Assembly: GCA_045130755.1 (NCBI GenBank)
Contig: JBGUQD010000049.1
Location: 1-53,447 of the forward strand
Reading direction: 5' to 3'
Origin: Candidatus Limivicinus sp.
GTDB taxonomy: Bacteria > Bacillota > Clostridia > Oscillospirales > Oscillospiraceae
DNA: 53,447 nucleotides
In this document: positions 44,174 to 53,326 of the stretch, piece after piece
How the letters are laid out: each line of letters begins with the position of its first letter
Position numbering within the stretch: the stretch's first letter is position 1
The notes under the pieces: generated by a model
Told to the model about the DNA's origin: nothing
Databases searched by the model: none
Seen by the model: the letters and a program-made list of their open reading frames with translations, nothing else
Program-made: the position numbers and the translations under genes

Positions 44174-46405
44174 ATGAGCAAAAAAAGCAAAAATGATTCC
44201 CAGACCCCCGAACAGCAGAACAAACCCTCACGCGGGGCATCCGTCGGGCGGAAGGTGCTGCGTGCCTTCGGCCGGACGATCGACTTCACCATCGACTTCA
44301 CCGCCGGCAGCATCGTGACCGTCTTCAAGGCCATCGGCACCGTCTTGCTGATCCTGATGGTGACGGGGATGATGTTCGCGTGCGTGTTCGCCTATTACGT
44401 AAAGACCTGCCTGACCCCGAACCTGGACCTGTCGCTGGAGGACTTTAAACTCAACGAATCCAGCACCGTCTGGTACCGCGACGGGGGCGGGGAGTGGCGC
44501 GAGCTTGTCAATCTCTCCGGCAGGGAGAAACGTGTCTGGGTCAATTATGAAGACATCCCCTGGTACATGGAGAAGGCGCTGGTCGCCATCGAGGACAAGC
44601 GCTTTTACGACCACAAGGGCGTGGACTGGTACCGCACCTTCGGCGCGTTTATCGAAATGTTCGCCCGCATGCAGACAAGCTACGGCGGCTCCACCATCAC
44701 CCAGCAGCTTATCAAAAACCTCACCGGCGAGGACGAGGTCACCATCCAGCGAAAGCTGACGGAGATCTTCGGCGCCCTGGAGCTGGAGAAGAAATACGAC
44801 AAGCAGGAGATCATGGAGTGGTACCTCAATGCCGTATACTTCGGGGAGGGCTGCTACGGCGTGCAGACCGCGGCACAGACCTACTTCGGCAAGGATGTGT
44901 CGGACCTGACCATGGCCGAGAGCGCCGCCATCGTGGGCATTACGAACCTCCCCACCTACTATGACCCCTTCTACAACGAAGAGAACAACAAAAAGCGCCA
45001 GGAGACCATCCTGCGCGAGATGTACGAGCAGGGCTACATCGACTATAACCAGTATGAGCAGGCCGTGCATGAAGAGCTGAACTTCACCCGCACTCCCGAC
45101 GACAGCTACACACAGGAGATCATGTCTTACTACACGGAGATGGTCATCGACGATGTGACGCGGGATCTGATGAAGCTCAAGGGCATCGGCCGCGACACGG
45201 CCCGCACACTGCTGTATAACGGCGGCTACCAGATCTATTCCTGCCTTGACACCTCCGTACAGGCGGCCATCGACGCCGTTTACACCGACCTCAACCAGAT
45301 CCCGTACGCCGGCGGCTCCCAGCAGTTCCAGAGCGCCATCGTGGTCATGAACCCCTATGACGGGCGCATCCTCGGCATTTCGGGCGGCGTGGGGGAGAAG
45401 ACCATCAACTTCGGCCTCAACCGCGCCACCGGCACCTACCGCTCGCCCGGTTCCTCCATCAAGCCCATCGCCTCCTACGGCCCTGCAGTAGACCTGGGGC
45501 TCATCACCCCCGACACGCTCATCATGGACTCCCAGAACATCTCCCTCAAGGGTACCTCCTGGTTCCCGATGAACGACGACCGGCAGAGCTACGGCATGGT
45601 CTCCATCTTCTCGGCCCTGCAGTATTCGCTCAACACCGCGGCGGCGCAGATCGTGGATAAGCTCCCGATGGGACCGCAGACCTCCTACGACTATCTCACC
45701 ACCCGCCTCGGCGTGACAAGTCTTGTGCCGGCCGACTGCGACTATGCCCCCATGGCCCTGGGCCAGCTCACCAACGGCATCTCCGTCAAGGAGATGTGCC
45801 AGGCCTTCTGCGCCTTCGTCAACGACGGCGTCTTCACCTACGGCCGCAGTTACGCCATGGTCACCGACAGCGAGGGCAACATCGTCATCGACAACTCGCC
45901 CAGCACCATCCAGGCCTTCAAGCCCAATACTGCCCACGTCATGACCTATATGCTGCAAAATGCCACCGAGCACGGCACAGGCTCCGAAGCGGCGCTGTGG
46001 TCAGTGCCTACGGCGGGCAAGACCGGTACCTCCGGCGATTACAAGGACCGCTGGTATGTCGGCTGCACGCCCTACTATGTGGCGGCGGTCTGGACCGGCT
46101 TCGATATCCCCGAGGTCATCCACCTGGGGGGAAACCCGGCGGCCCAGCTTTGGCGCAAGGTCATGGCCCCCGTGCACGAGGGGCTTGAGTACGTGGCCTT
46201 CCCGTATCCGCAGCTCGGCCCCAACACCGGCATCTTTGACCTCTTCGATGCGCCTCCCATGCACTATGACCAGTATGCCGACAATTACGGCGGCAACACC
46301 GGTACCATCGGCTACGGCGACAACGGCGACATCAACTACGGCAACTGGAATTACGGCGGGGACGATTTCCTCTCCTACGGCGGCAGCGACATGTTTTTAG
46401 GCTGA
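44174..46405 (+). CDS. PBP1A-family bifunctional penicillin-binding protein (GT51 + transpeptidase)
   Basis: ORF 44123..46405. The start is taken at MSKKSKND (ATG 44174). Motifs: EDKRFYDHKGVD, RKLTE, SPGSSIKP (SxxK), YSLN (SxN), GKTGTS (KTG). The C-terminal tail is Gly/Asn/Tyr-rich. Confidence 0.93.
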   Translation: MSKKSKNDSQTPEQQNKPSRGASVGRKVLRAFGRTIDFTIDFTAGSIVTVFKAIGTVLLILMVTGMMFACVFAYYVKTCLTPNLDLSLEDFKLNESSTVWYRDGGGEWRELVNLSGREKRVWVNYEDIPWYMEKALVAIEDKRFYDHKGVDWYRTFGAFIEMFARMQTSYGGSTITQQLIKNLTGEDEVTIQRKLTEIFGALELEKKYDKQEIMEWYLNAVYFGEGCYGVQTAAQTYFGKDVSDLTMAESAAIVGITNLPTYYDPFYNEENNKKRQETILREMYEQGYIDYNQYEQAVHEELNFTRTPDDSYTQEIMSYYTEMVIDDVTRDLMKLKGIGRDTARTLLYNGGYQIYSCLDTSVQAAIDAVYTDLNQIPYAGGSQQFQSAIVVMNPYDGRILGISGGVGEKTINFGLNRATGTYRSPGSSIKPIASYGPAVDLGLITPDTLIMDSQNISLKGTSWFPMNDDRQSYGMVSIFSALQYSLNTAAAQIVDKLPMGPQTSYDYLTTRLGVTSLVPADCDYAPMALGQLTNGISVKEMCQAFCAFVNDGVFTYGRSYAMVTDSEGNIVIDNSPSTIQAFKPNTAHVMTYMLQNATEHGTGSEAALWSVPTAGKTGTSGDYKDRWYVGCTPYYVAAVWTGFDIPEVIHLGGNPAAQLWRKVMAPVHEGLEYVAFPYPQLGPNTGIFDLFDAPPMHYDQYADNYGGNTGTIGYGDNGDINYGNWNYGGDDFLSYGGSDMFLG

Positions 46406-46509
46406 ACTCCCCTGAAAAAGCTTGGAAAATCCTCTCAGGGAAGGAAATGGAATTGACAAAAGAGAAAAAATGCGTTACAATCTGACTACACTTAACGGAG
46501 GTGTTTCAT

Positions 46510-46791
46510 TTGGCAAAGGTATTGGAGTATAAGGGTCATCCTCTCCAAAGGAAGGACAATATCATTTATTACGGCAGCTTTGCGGATAAGTATATTATCA
46601 TGCTGCAGATATTGGACTCCAAAAAGGTCAAGGATCTGGACGTTGCGACCAGAGTCTCGATCCAGCTCCAGCTGACGGATTCGGGCATCAAGTCCCGCGA
46701 CCGGATCGTGAAGAAGGCGGAAAAGGACAGCCTTTACAGCGCGATCGACGTCGCCGCCGTCTGGCTTGACAGAGCGCTTGCCTCCAGATAA
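46510..46791 (+). CDS. Hypothetical protein (about 93 aa)
   Basis: ORF 46501..46791. I prefer TTG 46510, 8 nt after GGAGG. The composition is lower in GC than the neighbours. No family recognised. Confidence 0.55.
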   Translation: MAKVLEYKGHPLQRKDNIIYYGSFADKYIIMLQILDSKKVKDLDVATRVSIQLQLTDSGIKSRDRIVKKAEKDSLYSAIDVAAVWLDRALASR

Positions 46792-46881
46792 CGAAGTGTC
46801 AGCCTCAGCGCGGGGAGACCTGTTCCCGCGCTTTGACTTGATGTTTTCACAAGTGTAATACAAATAAAGGATCTGTTTGGC

Positions 46882-48489
46882 ATGGACAAGAGATTTTTCA
46901 GGACGCTCCTGTTCGCGTTCTTGTTCGCTGTGCTTTCGCATGCCCCCGCCTGGGCGGAGACGGCGGTCGTCACGGGCAACGACGTCAATATGCGGGAGGG
47001 CCCGGGGACGGAGTTTCGCATTGTCGACTGTCTTCCGAGAGGGGCGTATGTGACGGTCACGGACCGCTCCAGCGCACCCTGGTACTGCATCGAATACGAC
47101 GGCTCCGTCGGCTTCATGTCTGCCTCGTTTCTGGACATCACCGAGGAGGAGAGCGCACAGCCGGTTGCCGATACGTCGGACGCCGCGCTGCAGGCCATCC
47201 TCGACCAGTGCCAGGAGGGCTATGTGGATGCCATGTACGTGCGTTTCCGCAGCGCTCCCGGCTCCGGGTATTCCGTACTCGGGGAATATAACCGAGGCAA
47301 GCCCATTTTGTACTACGACACTTACGGCGATTGGGCAGCCTGCTTCATCGACGGGCGGCCCGGCTTCCTGTACGCGGACTATATTCGCCTCGGACGATTC
47401 CCCGGCTGGGTCGAAGCGGATACGGCAGAAGAAGTCACCGCGCCGGATGAATATGAGGGTGAGGAGATTCCGCTCAATCTGCGAATCATGGAGACGCCGA
47501 CTCCCACCGCTGAGGTGAAAATCCCGTCCCCCTCCGACCAGCTTGCACTGGAGCATGCGACGAATCCGGACGTCGAGCAGACGCCCGGCTACATCAACGC
47601 AAACTACGTGCGCTTCCGCAAGGGACCCGCATCCAGCTACCCCATCATCGAGACCTATAACGCAGGCACCGTTGTCGGTGTCACCGGCGTGTATATGGAC
47701 TGGACGGCCTGCCTCATCGACGGTGAATTCGGCTTCATCTATTCCGATTATATCACCATTCCCGAACAGACCCCGGCCGTCGAGCAGCCGCTGCAGCAGA
47801 CGACCACCACCGTGACCGAGGAAGTCACGCCAATGCTGCCGCTTGTCATGCCGGCAGTCATGTTCGGCAATGTGGACGGCTATGTCTCGGGCAACAATGT
47901 GCGCATGCGCGCGGCTCCCACCATGTCGGCCCCCATCGTCAAGGAACTGTCCTACGGCAACACCATCACCATCGTCGGCAGAACGGACGACTGGGCGGCG
48001 GTCATCAGCGGCAACGCGGCGGGCTACATATATGGCACCTATGTCAAGGTCGGATCTCTCGGCATTGCCAATGTCGGCTCCGGCGCGGGCGCTGTGGTCG
48101 GCGGGCTGAGCGGCAGCAGCTATGAGAAAGGCCAGCAGATCGCGCAGTACGCCGTGCAGTTCGTCGGCTGCCCCTACAGCTGGGGCGGCGCGTCGCCCGC
48201 GGGCTTTGACTGCTCGGGTCTGGTGTACTATGTGTACTCGCAGTTCGGCGTCACGCTCAACCGTGTGGCGCAGGAGCAGGCGGAAAACGGCGTCCATGTG
48301 GATCCGAGCGATCTGCAGCCGGGCGACATCCTGTGCTTCTATTCCGGCTCAAGTTATATCGGACATGCCGGCATCTATATCGGCTTCGGTATGTTCGTGC
48401 ATGCGCAGAACTCCGCCACCGGCGTCGTTATCACGGAGCTTGCCGGTCACTATGCAGACCGCGGCTTTGAGGCGCGCAGGATCGTGTAA
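46882..48489 (+). CDS. Secreted cell-wall hydrolase: SH3b repeats + C-terminal NlpC/P60 (C40) peptidase
   Basis: 535 aa. Signal peptide ...APAWA. Four to five repeats of the form V.(G/A)..VN.R.GP......(G..V). The catalytic region is GCPYSWGGASPAGFDCSGLVYYVY ... GHAGIYIG. Confidence 0.9.
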   Translation: MDKRFFRTLLFAFLFAVLSHAPAWAETAVVTGNDVNMREGPGTEFRIVDCLPRGAYVTVTDRSSAPWYCIEYDGSVGFMSASFLDITEEESAQPVADTSDAALQAILDQCQEGYVDAMYVRFRSAPGSGYSVLGEYNRGKPILYYDTYGDWAACFIDGRPGFLYADYIRLGRFPGWVEADTAEEVTAPDEYEGEEIPLNLRIMETPTPTAEVKIPSPSDQLALEHATNPDVEQTPGYINANYVRFRKGPASSYPIIETYNAGTVVGVTGVYMDWTACLIDGEFGFIYSDYITIPEQTPAVEQPLQQTTTTVTEEVTPMLPLVMPAVMFGNVDGYVSGNNVRMRAAPTMSAPIVKELSYGNTITIVGRTDDWAAVISGNAAGYIYGTYVKVGSLGIANVGSGAGAVVGGLSGSSYEKGQQIAQYAVQFVGCPYSWGGASPAGFDCSGLVYYVYSQFGVTLNRVAQEQAENGVHVDPSDLQPGDILCFYSGSSYIGHAGIYIGFGMFVHAQNSATGVVITELAGHYADRGFEARRIV

Positions 48490-48540
48490 GGTTCCGACGA
48501 AGAAAAACGAAGAGGCAGGCAAAAAGAGATTTCTTTTTGC

Positions 48541-48569
48541 TTGCCTTTTTTGCACGGATATGATATACT
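48541..48569 (+). promoter_or_regulatory. Promoter candidate for tRNA-Gly (ttgcct -17- tatact)
   Basis: -35 at 48541-48546 and -10 at 48564-48569, 10 nt before the tRNA 5' end. It overlaps the terminator hairpin of the upstream gene. Confidence 0.45.
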
Positions 48570-48579
48570 TCGTGAGCAC

Positions 48580-48653
48580 GCAGGGTTGGTATATCGGTAT
48601 TACTCCAGCTTCCCAAGCTGGCTAGGCGGGTTCGACTCCCGCACCCTGCTCCA
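48580..48653 (+). tRNA. tRNA-Gly (anticodon CCC), CCA encoded
   Basis: Manual fold. Acceptor gcagggt/accctgc. D arm gtat-atcggta-ttac (one U-U). Anticodon arm ccagc ttCCCaa gctgg. 4-nt variable loop. T arm gcggg ttcgact cccgc. Discriminator t + cca. 74 nt. Confidence 0.8.
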
Positions 48654-48690
48654 AAAACAAAAGCCGTCCGTCAGGACGGCTTTTGTTTTT
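48654..48690. terminator. Bidirectional terminator (aaaacaaaagccgtcc gtca ggacggcttttgtttt)
   Basis: 16-bp perfect stem directly after the tRNA CCA end. Confidence 0.85.
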
Positions 48691-48701
48691 GGCATCCAAG
48701 T

Positions 48702-48715
48702 GGGAGTCGAACCCG
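48702..48715 (-). repeat. Inverted 14-nt copy of the tRNA-Gly T-arm (cgggttcgactccc)
   Basis: The reverse complement of 48702-48715 is identical to tRNA positions 48627-48640. Confidence 0.9.
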
Positions 48716-48778
48716 AGGGCTCTTGGCAAGGCGCCGGGGGCGCCTTGCAACCCGAGGTGGCCTCCGCCGCAGCGGAGG

Positions 48779-48800
48779 TCGACTCCCGTACCCTGCTCCA
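48779..48800 (+). repeat. Direct 22-nt copy (1 mismatch) of the tRNA-Gly 3' end (tcgactcccgTaccctgctcca)
   Basis: Compare 48632-48653, tcgactcccgCaccctgctcca. The upstream half of the tRNA is absent. Confidence 0.9.
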
Positions 48801-49033
48801 CGTCAGAAGAAGCCTGTTCCGTTCCGCTTCCCCGGTTTGCGTAAATGCCGGGAAAGTTCCACATCCACAGTCTCCTTCTTCCTTTCCAAAACGGAGGCCT
48901 CCGATGAGAGGCCTCCGTTTTGGTTTAGGCGGTTTTTTCAATGAAGCCGCCCCTTACGGGGCTGATGAAGAATGAAGCCGCTGCGCTAATGAAGGAATAA
49001 AGCCGCTTTGATGCCACATTTTCGGAGAAATGA

Positions 49034-49062
49034 TTGACAAGGCATATTTGCGGTGCTATTAT
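49034..49062 (+). promoter_or_regulatory. thrS promoter (ttgaca -17- tattat)
   Basis: -35 at 49034-49039 and -10 at 49057-49062. It lies just upstream of the T-box leader. Confidence 0.65.
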
Positions 49063-49074
49063 AACAAAGCTTAA

Positions 49075-49290
49075 ACGCGAAGACGGAGACGCAGATGGAT
49101 CCGGCGCACAGAGAGGGCGGCCACAGGCTGCAAGCTGCCCCGCACAGAATCCATCACTGCCACCACTCCCGAGCAGGCGGGCGACACAAGTCCGCACGTT
49201 TGACACGCGTTACTGTGTCTTTGAGTGAAACATCAAGGTGGAACCGTGCTTTGCGCACCCTTGGCATTTGCCAGGGGCTTTTTTATTTGT
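49075..49290 (+). promoter_or_regulatory. T-box riboswitch leader, Thr (ACC) specifier
   Basis: Stem I gatggat...atccatc with AGAGA at about 49109-49113. Specifier candidate ACC at 49162-49164, followed by A. T-box sequence caaggtggaaccgtg at about 49234-49248. Terminator cccttggca..tgccagggg + tttttt at 49258-49286. Confidence 0.85.
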
Positions 49291-49322
49291 CAAAAACAAC
49301 ATCAATATATGGAGGAAACCCT

Positions 49323-51110
49323 ATGAAGATCATCTACAAGGACGGCCACGTGGCCGAGTGCCCGGAAGAGGAAGAGCTGCACGTTCTGCGCCACTCCGCG
49401 GCCCACATCATGGCCCAGGCCATCAAGCGCCTCTACCCGCAGGCGGACTTTGCCTACGGCCCCGCCACCCAGAACGGCTTCTACTATGACGTCGACCTGG
49501 GCGACACCAAGCTCACGCCCGAGGATCTCGAGGCCATCGAAAAGGAAATGAAGAAGATCGTCAAGGAAAACCTTCCCTTCAAGGCTTATATGCTGCCGCG
49601 GGAAGAGGCCAAGAAGCTCATGGCCGAGCGCAATGAAAACTACAAGCTTGAGCACATCGACGACCTGGCCGACGAGACCGAGTTCAGCTTCTTCCAGCAG
49701 GGCGAGTACGTGGACATGTGCCTCGGACCCCACATCCTCTACACCAAGGCTCTCAAGGCTTTCAAGGTCACCCAGCAGTCCGGCGCCTACTGGAAAAACG
49801 ACAGCGAGAACAAGATGCTTACCCGCATCAACGGCGTCGCCTTCCGCAACACCGAAGAGCTCCAGGAGTGGGAGCGCCAGCAGGCTGAGGCCCGTGAGCG
49901 CGACCACCGCCGCATCGGCCGCGAGATGCAGCTTTTCATGACCGACGACCTGGTTGGCCGCGGCCTGCCGATGTTCCTCCCCAATGGCTACGTCGTCTGG
50001 CAGGAACTTGAGAGCTATATCAAGGAGAAGGAGCGCCGCCTCGGCTATCAGCACGTGCTGACCCCCTGTGTCGGCACCGTCGACCTCTACAAGACCTCCG
50101 GCCACTGGGATCACTACAAGGACAACATGTTCCCGCCCATGGAGATGGAAGGGGAGTCCTACGTCCTGCGCCCGATGAACTGCCCGCACCACATGCGCAT
50201 CTTTGCCAACCGTCCCCGCTCCTACCGCGCCATGCCCATCCGCATCGGCGAGATCGCACACGACTTCCGCTATGAGTCCTCCGGCACCCTGAAGGGCATC
50301 GAGCGCGGCCGCCACTTCTGCCAGAACGACGCCCACCTCTTCGTCACCCCCGAGCAGATCAAGTCCGAGGTCGCCTCTGTCTGCGATCTGATCTTCGACG
50401 TATACAAGGACTTCGGCATCACCGACTACCGCTGCGTCCTGTCCCTGCGCGACCCCGCCGACAAGAAGAAATACCACGACGACGATGAGATGTGGAACAA
50501 CGCCGAATCTGCCCTGCGCGAGGTGCTGACCGAGCTCGGCATCAACTTCACCGAGGAGATCGGCGAGGCCGCCTTTTACGGCCCGAAGCTCGACGTGAAT
50601 GTCAAGCCCGCCGTCGGCGCCGAGTACACCCTCTCCACCTGCCAGCTCGATTTCTGCCTGCCCGCACGCTTTGAACTGCGCTACATCGACCGTGACGGCA
50701 GCGAGAAGTGCCCCGTCGTTATCCACCGCGCCATCCTCGGCTCCCTCGACCGCTTCATGGCCTACCTCATCGAGGAGACCAAGGGCCGCTTCCCCACGTG
50801 GCTGGCCCCTGTCCAGGTCAAGGTCCTGCCCCTGAGCGAGAAGACCCTCGACTATGCCCGCCGCGTCAACGAGGAACTGCTCGACGCCGGCATCCGCTCC
50901 GTGCTGGATGAGTCCAACGAGAAGATCGGCTACAAGATCCGTCTTGCCCAGCAGGAGGACCGCGTGCCCTACATGCTGGTCGTCGGCGGCAAGGAAGCCG
51001 AGAACTGCACCGTTGCCGTTCGCACCCGCGCTGGCGAGGATCTGGGCGCCATGAGCCTCGACGCTTTCACCGGCAAGGTCCTGGAAGAGATCGAGACCCG
51101 CGCAAAATAA
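49323..51110 (+). CDS. thrS: Threonine--tRNA ligase (short form, TGS domain essentially absent)
   Basis: ATG 49323 (MKIIYKDGHV, ggagga SD) inside ORF 49095..51110, giving 595 aa. Editing-domain residues RHSAAH and DMCLGPH. Class II core RPMNCPHH, FRYESSG, GEAAFYGPK. The C-terminal anticodon-binding domain is present. Confidence 0.95.
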   Translation: MKIIYKDGHVAECPEEEELHVLRHSAAHIMAQAIKRLYPQADFAYGPATQNGFYYDVDLGDTKLTPEDLEAIEKEMKKIVKENLPFKAYMLPREEAKKLMAERNENYKLEHIDDLADETEFSFFQQGEYVDMCLGPHILYTKALKAFKVTQQSGAYWKNDSENKMLTRINGVAFRNTEELQEWERQQAEARERDHRRIGREMQLFMTDDLVGRGLPMFLPNGYVVWQELESYIKEKERRLGYQHVLTPCVGTVDLYKTSGHWDHYKDNMFPPMEMEGESYVLRPMNCPHHMRIFANRPRSYRAMPIRIGEIAHDFRYESSGTLKGIERGRHFCQNDAHLFVTPEQIKSEVASVCDLIFDVYKDFGITDYRCVLSLRDPADKKKYHDDDEMWNNAESALREVLTELGINFTEEIGEAAFYGPKLDVNVKPAVGAEYTLSTCQLDFCLPARFELRYIDRDGSEKCPVVIHRAILGSLDRFMAYLIEETKGRFPTWLAPVQVKVLPLSEKTLDYARRVNEELLDAGIRSVLDESNEKIGYKIRLAQQEDRVPYMLVVGGKEAENCTVAVRTRAGEDLGAMSLDAFTGKVLEEIETRAK

Positions 51111-51181
51111 TTCAATAATAACAGAATAAAATCACAAAACCCTCCACAGACTAAACAAAAAGCCTGTGGGGGGATTGTTTT

Positions 51182-51853
51182 ATGAGCCCTGAACGAAAAA
51201 AGCTGATCCTGGCCCTGGCGGTGATCTTCGCCGTGAACATCTTTATCATCGCTCTGGCCCAGCGCGCTTCGGCGGAATTATATAAGAAGGGCTCCGGCGG
51301 CGCTGTCGTGAGCGAGATCCAGACCCGCCTCAAAAACTGGGGCTATTATAACGGCGCCGTGGACGGCGTTTACGGCAGTCAGACCGAAAAAGCGGTGCGC
51401 TGGTTTCAGCAGAAGAACGGTCTCAATGTGGACGGCCAGGTGGGCGATCAGACACTCGCCGCGCTGGGCATGTCCGTCAGCGGTGAAAGCGGCGGGGGGA
51501 GCAGCGGTTCACTGGATCTGCTGGCACGCCTGATTTCCGCCGAAGCGAGAGGAGAGCCCTATGAGGGGCAGGTCGCAGTGGGCGCGGTGGTGCTCAACCG
51601 GGTGGAGCATCCCTCTTTCCCCAATTCGATCGCAGAGGTCATCTACCAGCCCGGCGCTTTCTCCTGCCTTGACGACGGACAGTTCGACGAGCCCGTTGCC
51701 GAGAGCGCCTACAGGGCGGCACAGGACGCCATGAACGGCTGGGACCCGACCTACGGTGCCATCTATTATTTTAATCCCGTCACCGCCACCAGCAAATGGA
51801 TCTGGTCCCGCCCGCTGATCGTCAATATCGGCAAACACCGATTCTGCGCGTGA
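51182..51853 (+). CDS. sleB: Spore cortex-lytic enzyme SleB-like (PG_binding_1 + Hydrolase_2)
   Basis: 223 aa. N-terminal anchor. VSEIQTRLKNWGYYNGAVDGVYGSQTEKAVRWFQ (peptidoglycan-binding domain). ARLISAEARGEPYEGQVAVGAVVLNRV...YFNP (cell-wall hydrolase domain). Confidence 0.88.
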   Translation: MSPERKKLILALAVIFAVNIFIIALAQRASAELYKKGSGGAVVSEIQTRLKNWGYYNGAVDGVYGSQTEKAVRWFQQKNGLNVDGQVGDQTLAALGMSVSGESGGGSSGSLDLLARLISAEARGEPYEGQVAVGAVVLNRVEHPSFPNSIAEVIYQPGAFSCLDDGQFDEPVAESAYRAAQDAMNGWDPTYGAIYYFNPVTATSKWIWSRPLIVNIGKHRFCA

Positions 51854-51929
51854 TTTTGACAAACACAGTTGAAATGTTAACAATCTCCCACTATAATAAA
51901 CAGCAATAACGAAGAGGGGAGCTCTGACC

Positions 51930-52394
51930 GTGAAGAATACCGGCGTGGTTCGCCCAGGCTGGAAGAATATCCTGCCTGTCGCGGCGTCGTTCCTTCTGTT
52001 TACCGTTGCTGGCGTGCTTGCCTGGGATCGCAGCGATCCCCGTTTCAATACGCTGATTGTGCTGATCCTGGGGTCCATGTTTGCTCTGATGGCTTACCAG
52101 TTTCTCTATATTAAAAACTGGAGGATCACGCTCAGCGAATCGACAGTCGAGCTGCACGGCGTTTTTGGCCGGAAAAAGCAATTCCCAAGGGATAACGTCC
52201 GCTGGACCACGTCTGTTCCGGGCTTTAACCGTGTCATTCATATTATCTTGCATGATTACGCTGAGAAAGAGCAGCTCGCCCGGGTCTCGCTTGAATGTAC
52301 CAATGTCAATCTGCTGTTCACCTTGCCCCATTACGGGCCGATGACGCCGGAAGACAAAAGCGCGTATTTCTATTTTGCCGTAAAGAAGAATTAG
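51930..52394 (+). CDS. Hypothetical two-TM membrane protein
   Basis: GTG start after agagggga. 154 aa. A near-perfect promoter, ttgaaa-17-tataat, lies at 51869-51897. Confidence 0.6.
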   Translation: MKNTGVVRPGWKNILPVAASFLLFTVAGVLAWDRSDPRFNTLIVLILGSMFALMAYQFLYIKNWRITLSESTVELHGVFGRKKQFPRDNVRWTTSVPGFNRVIHIILHDYAEKEQLARVSLECTNVNLLFTLPHYGPMTPEDKSAYFYFAVKKN

Positions 52395-52445
52395 AAGAAA
52401 TCAAGATACTATCAGATCACAGGAGGAAGAAAGCTATGGCATACT

Positions 52446-53086
52446 GCAAGAGCTGTGGCGCATATATTCCCGACGGGCAGACTGCGTGTCTGGCCTGCGG
52501 CTACAATGACAGCGAGAAGAAAAAGACATCCGGCACATCTTCCGGCGCTGCGGCAGCTGCGGCCAAAGCGCCCGAGAAAAACGCATCCGGAAGCACCGGC
52601 AATGAGAAATACAGACAGGTCGACAGCGATTTCCTGAAGCAGCAGCTCGAGGAGCAGCGCAAGCGCCAGCAGGCCAACAGCCGCAAGTGGGCCGAGACGG
52701 AGTACGCCCAGCGCCAGAAGGTGAAGGAGGAACAGACGCGAAATTTTACGAGTACCTCCGGCAGGTCGGGAAGTGACGTCTACCGTACCATCCGGAGTAC
52801 GATGGAAAGCGACGATGTCGGAAAGGTGATGGCAGGCCTGTCCTATTTCAGCATACTGTTTCTGCTGCCGTATCTCTTCCGTGACAAGGACAAGTTCGCC
52901 ACCTATCATGCAAAGCAGGGTATGAACCTCTTTGCTGCCGGGATCATCGCGGATATCGCGGGCAAACTTTTAGGCATCGGCTGGTTCGTATGGATCGCAA
53001 GACTCTATATGATCTTCAAAGGTGTAAGCAATGTAGCGAAAGGTGAAAAGAAGCCCCTGCCCTACATAGGAAACCTCATCAAGTAA
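52446..53086 (+). CDS. Zinc-ribbon protein with a C-terminal DUF4870-like membrane domain
   Basis: The start is taken at MAYCKSCGAYIPDGQTACLACGY (aggagga SD) inside ORF 52295..53086. It has a charged linker and a C-terminal TM pair. Confidence 0.75.
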
Positions 53087-53189
53087 ACATAACAAAAACG
53101 GGTTAAACGTCTATCTTGTAGCTGAATTATTTTGGAAACCACAACATTTAGACCCCACGAAAAAAGAGGAAAAATCTTTCAAAAAGGTG

Positions 53190-53218
53190 TTGACAAACCG
53201 TTTCCCGAGTGCTATATT
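53190..53218 (+). promoter_or_regulatory. Strong sigma-A promoter P1 (ttgaca -17- tatatt), probable rRNA/tRNA operon promoter
   Basis: Consensus spacing. Followed by a non-coding leader. A 9-bp inverted repeat, cccgagtgc (53204-53212) / gcactcggg (53225-53233), brackets the -10. Confidence 0.6.
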
Positions 53219-53297
53219 ACTCAAGCACTCGGGAGTAATCCTGGCGTTTTCCGAAGAAACGGCGATTGAAAATTCCAAAAGAATTTGAAAAAAGTTG

Positions 53298-53326
53298 TTG
53301 ACAAACGGAAAACGATGTGCTACAAT
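53298..53326 (+). promoter_or_regulatory. Strong sigma-A promoter P2 (ttgaca -17- tacaat), tandem with P1
   Basis: The second promoter lies 108 nt downstream of P1. The leader ...accttgaaaattgaacaatg... resembles Firmicutes rRNA operon leaders. The structural gene would start beyond the window end. Confidence 0.6.

Noticed and set aside
48622-48864. 80-aa minus-strand ORF with a good-looking SD (aggagactgtggATG)
   Set aside because: It reads through two hairpins, the bidirectional terminator and into the antisense of tRNA-Gly. A terminator (48887-48924) lies immediately upstream of it on that strand. It is almost certainly spurious.
48580-49060. Integrated mobile element or prophage at tRNA-Gly
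   Set aside because: The direct repeat of the tRNA 3' end suggests past integration. Only about 125 nt lie between the copies, and no integrase, excisionase or cargo gene is present on either side. At most it is a scar.
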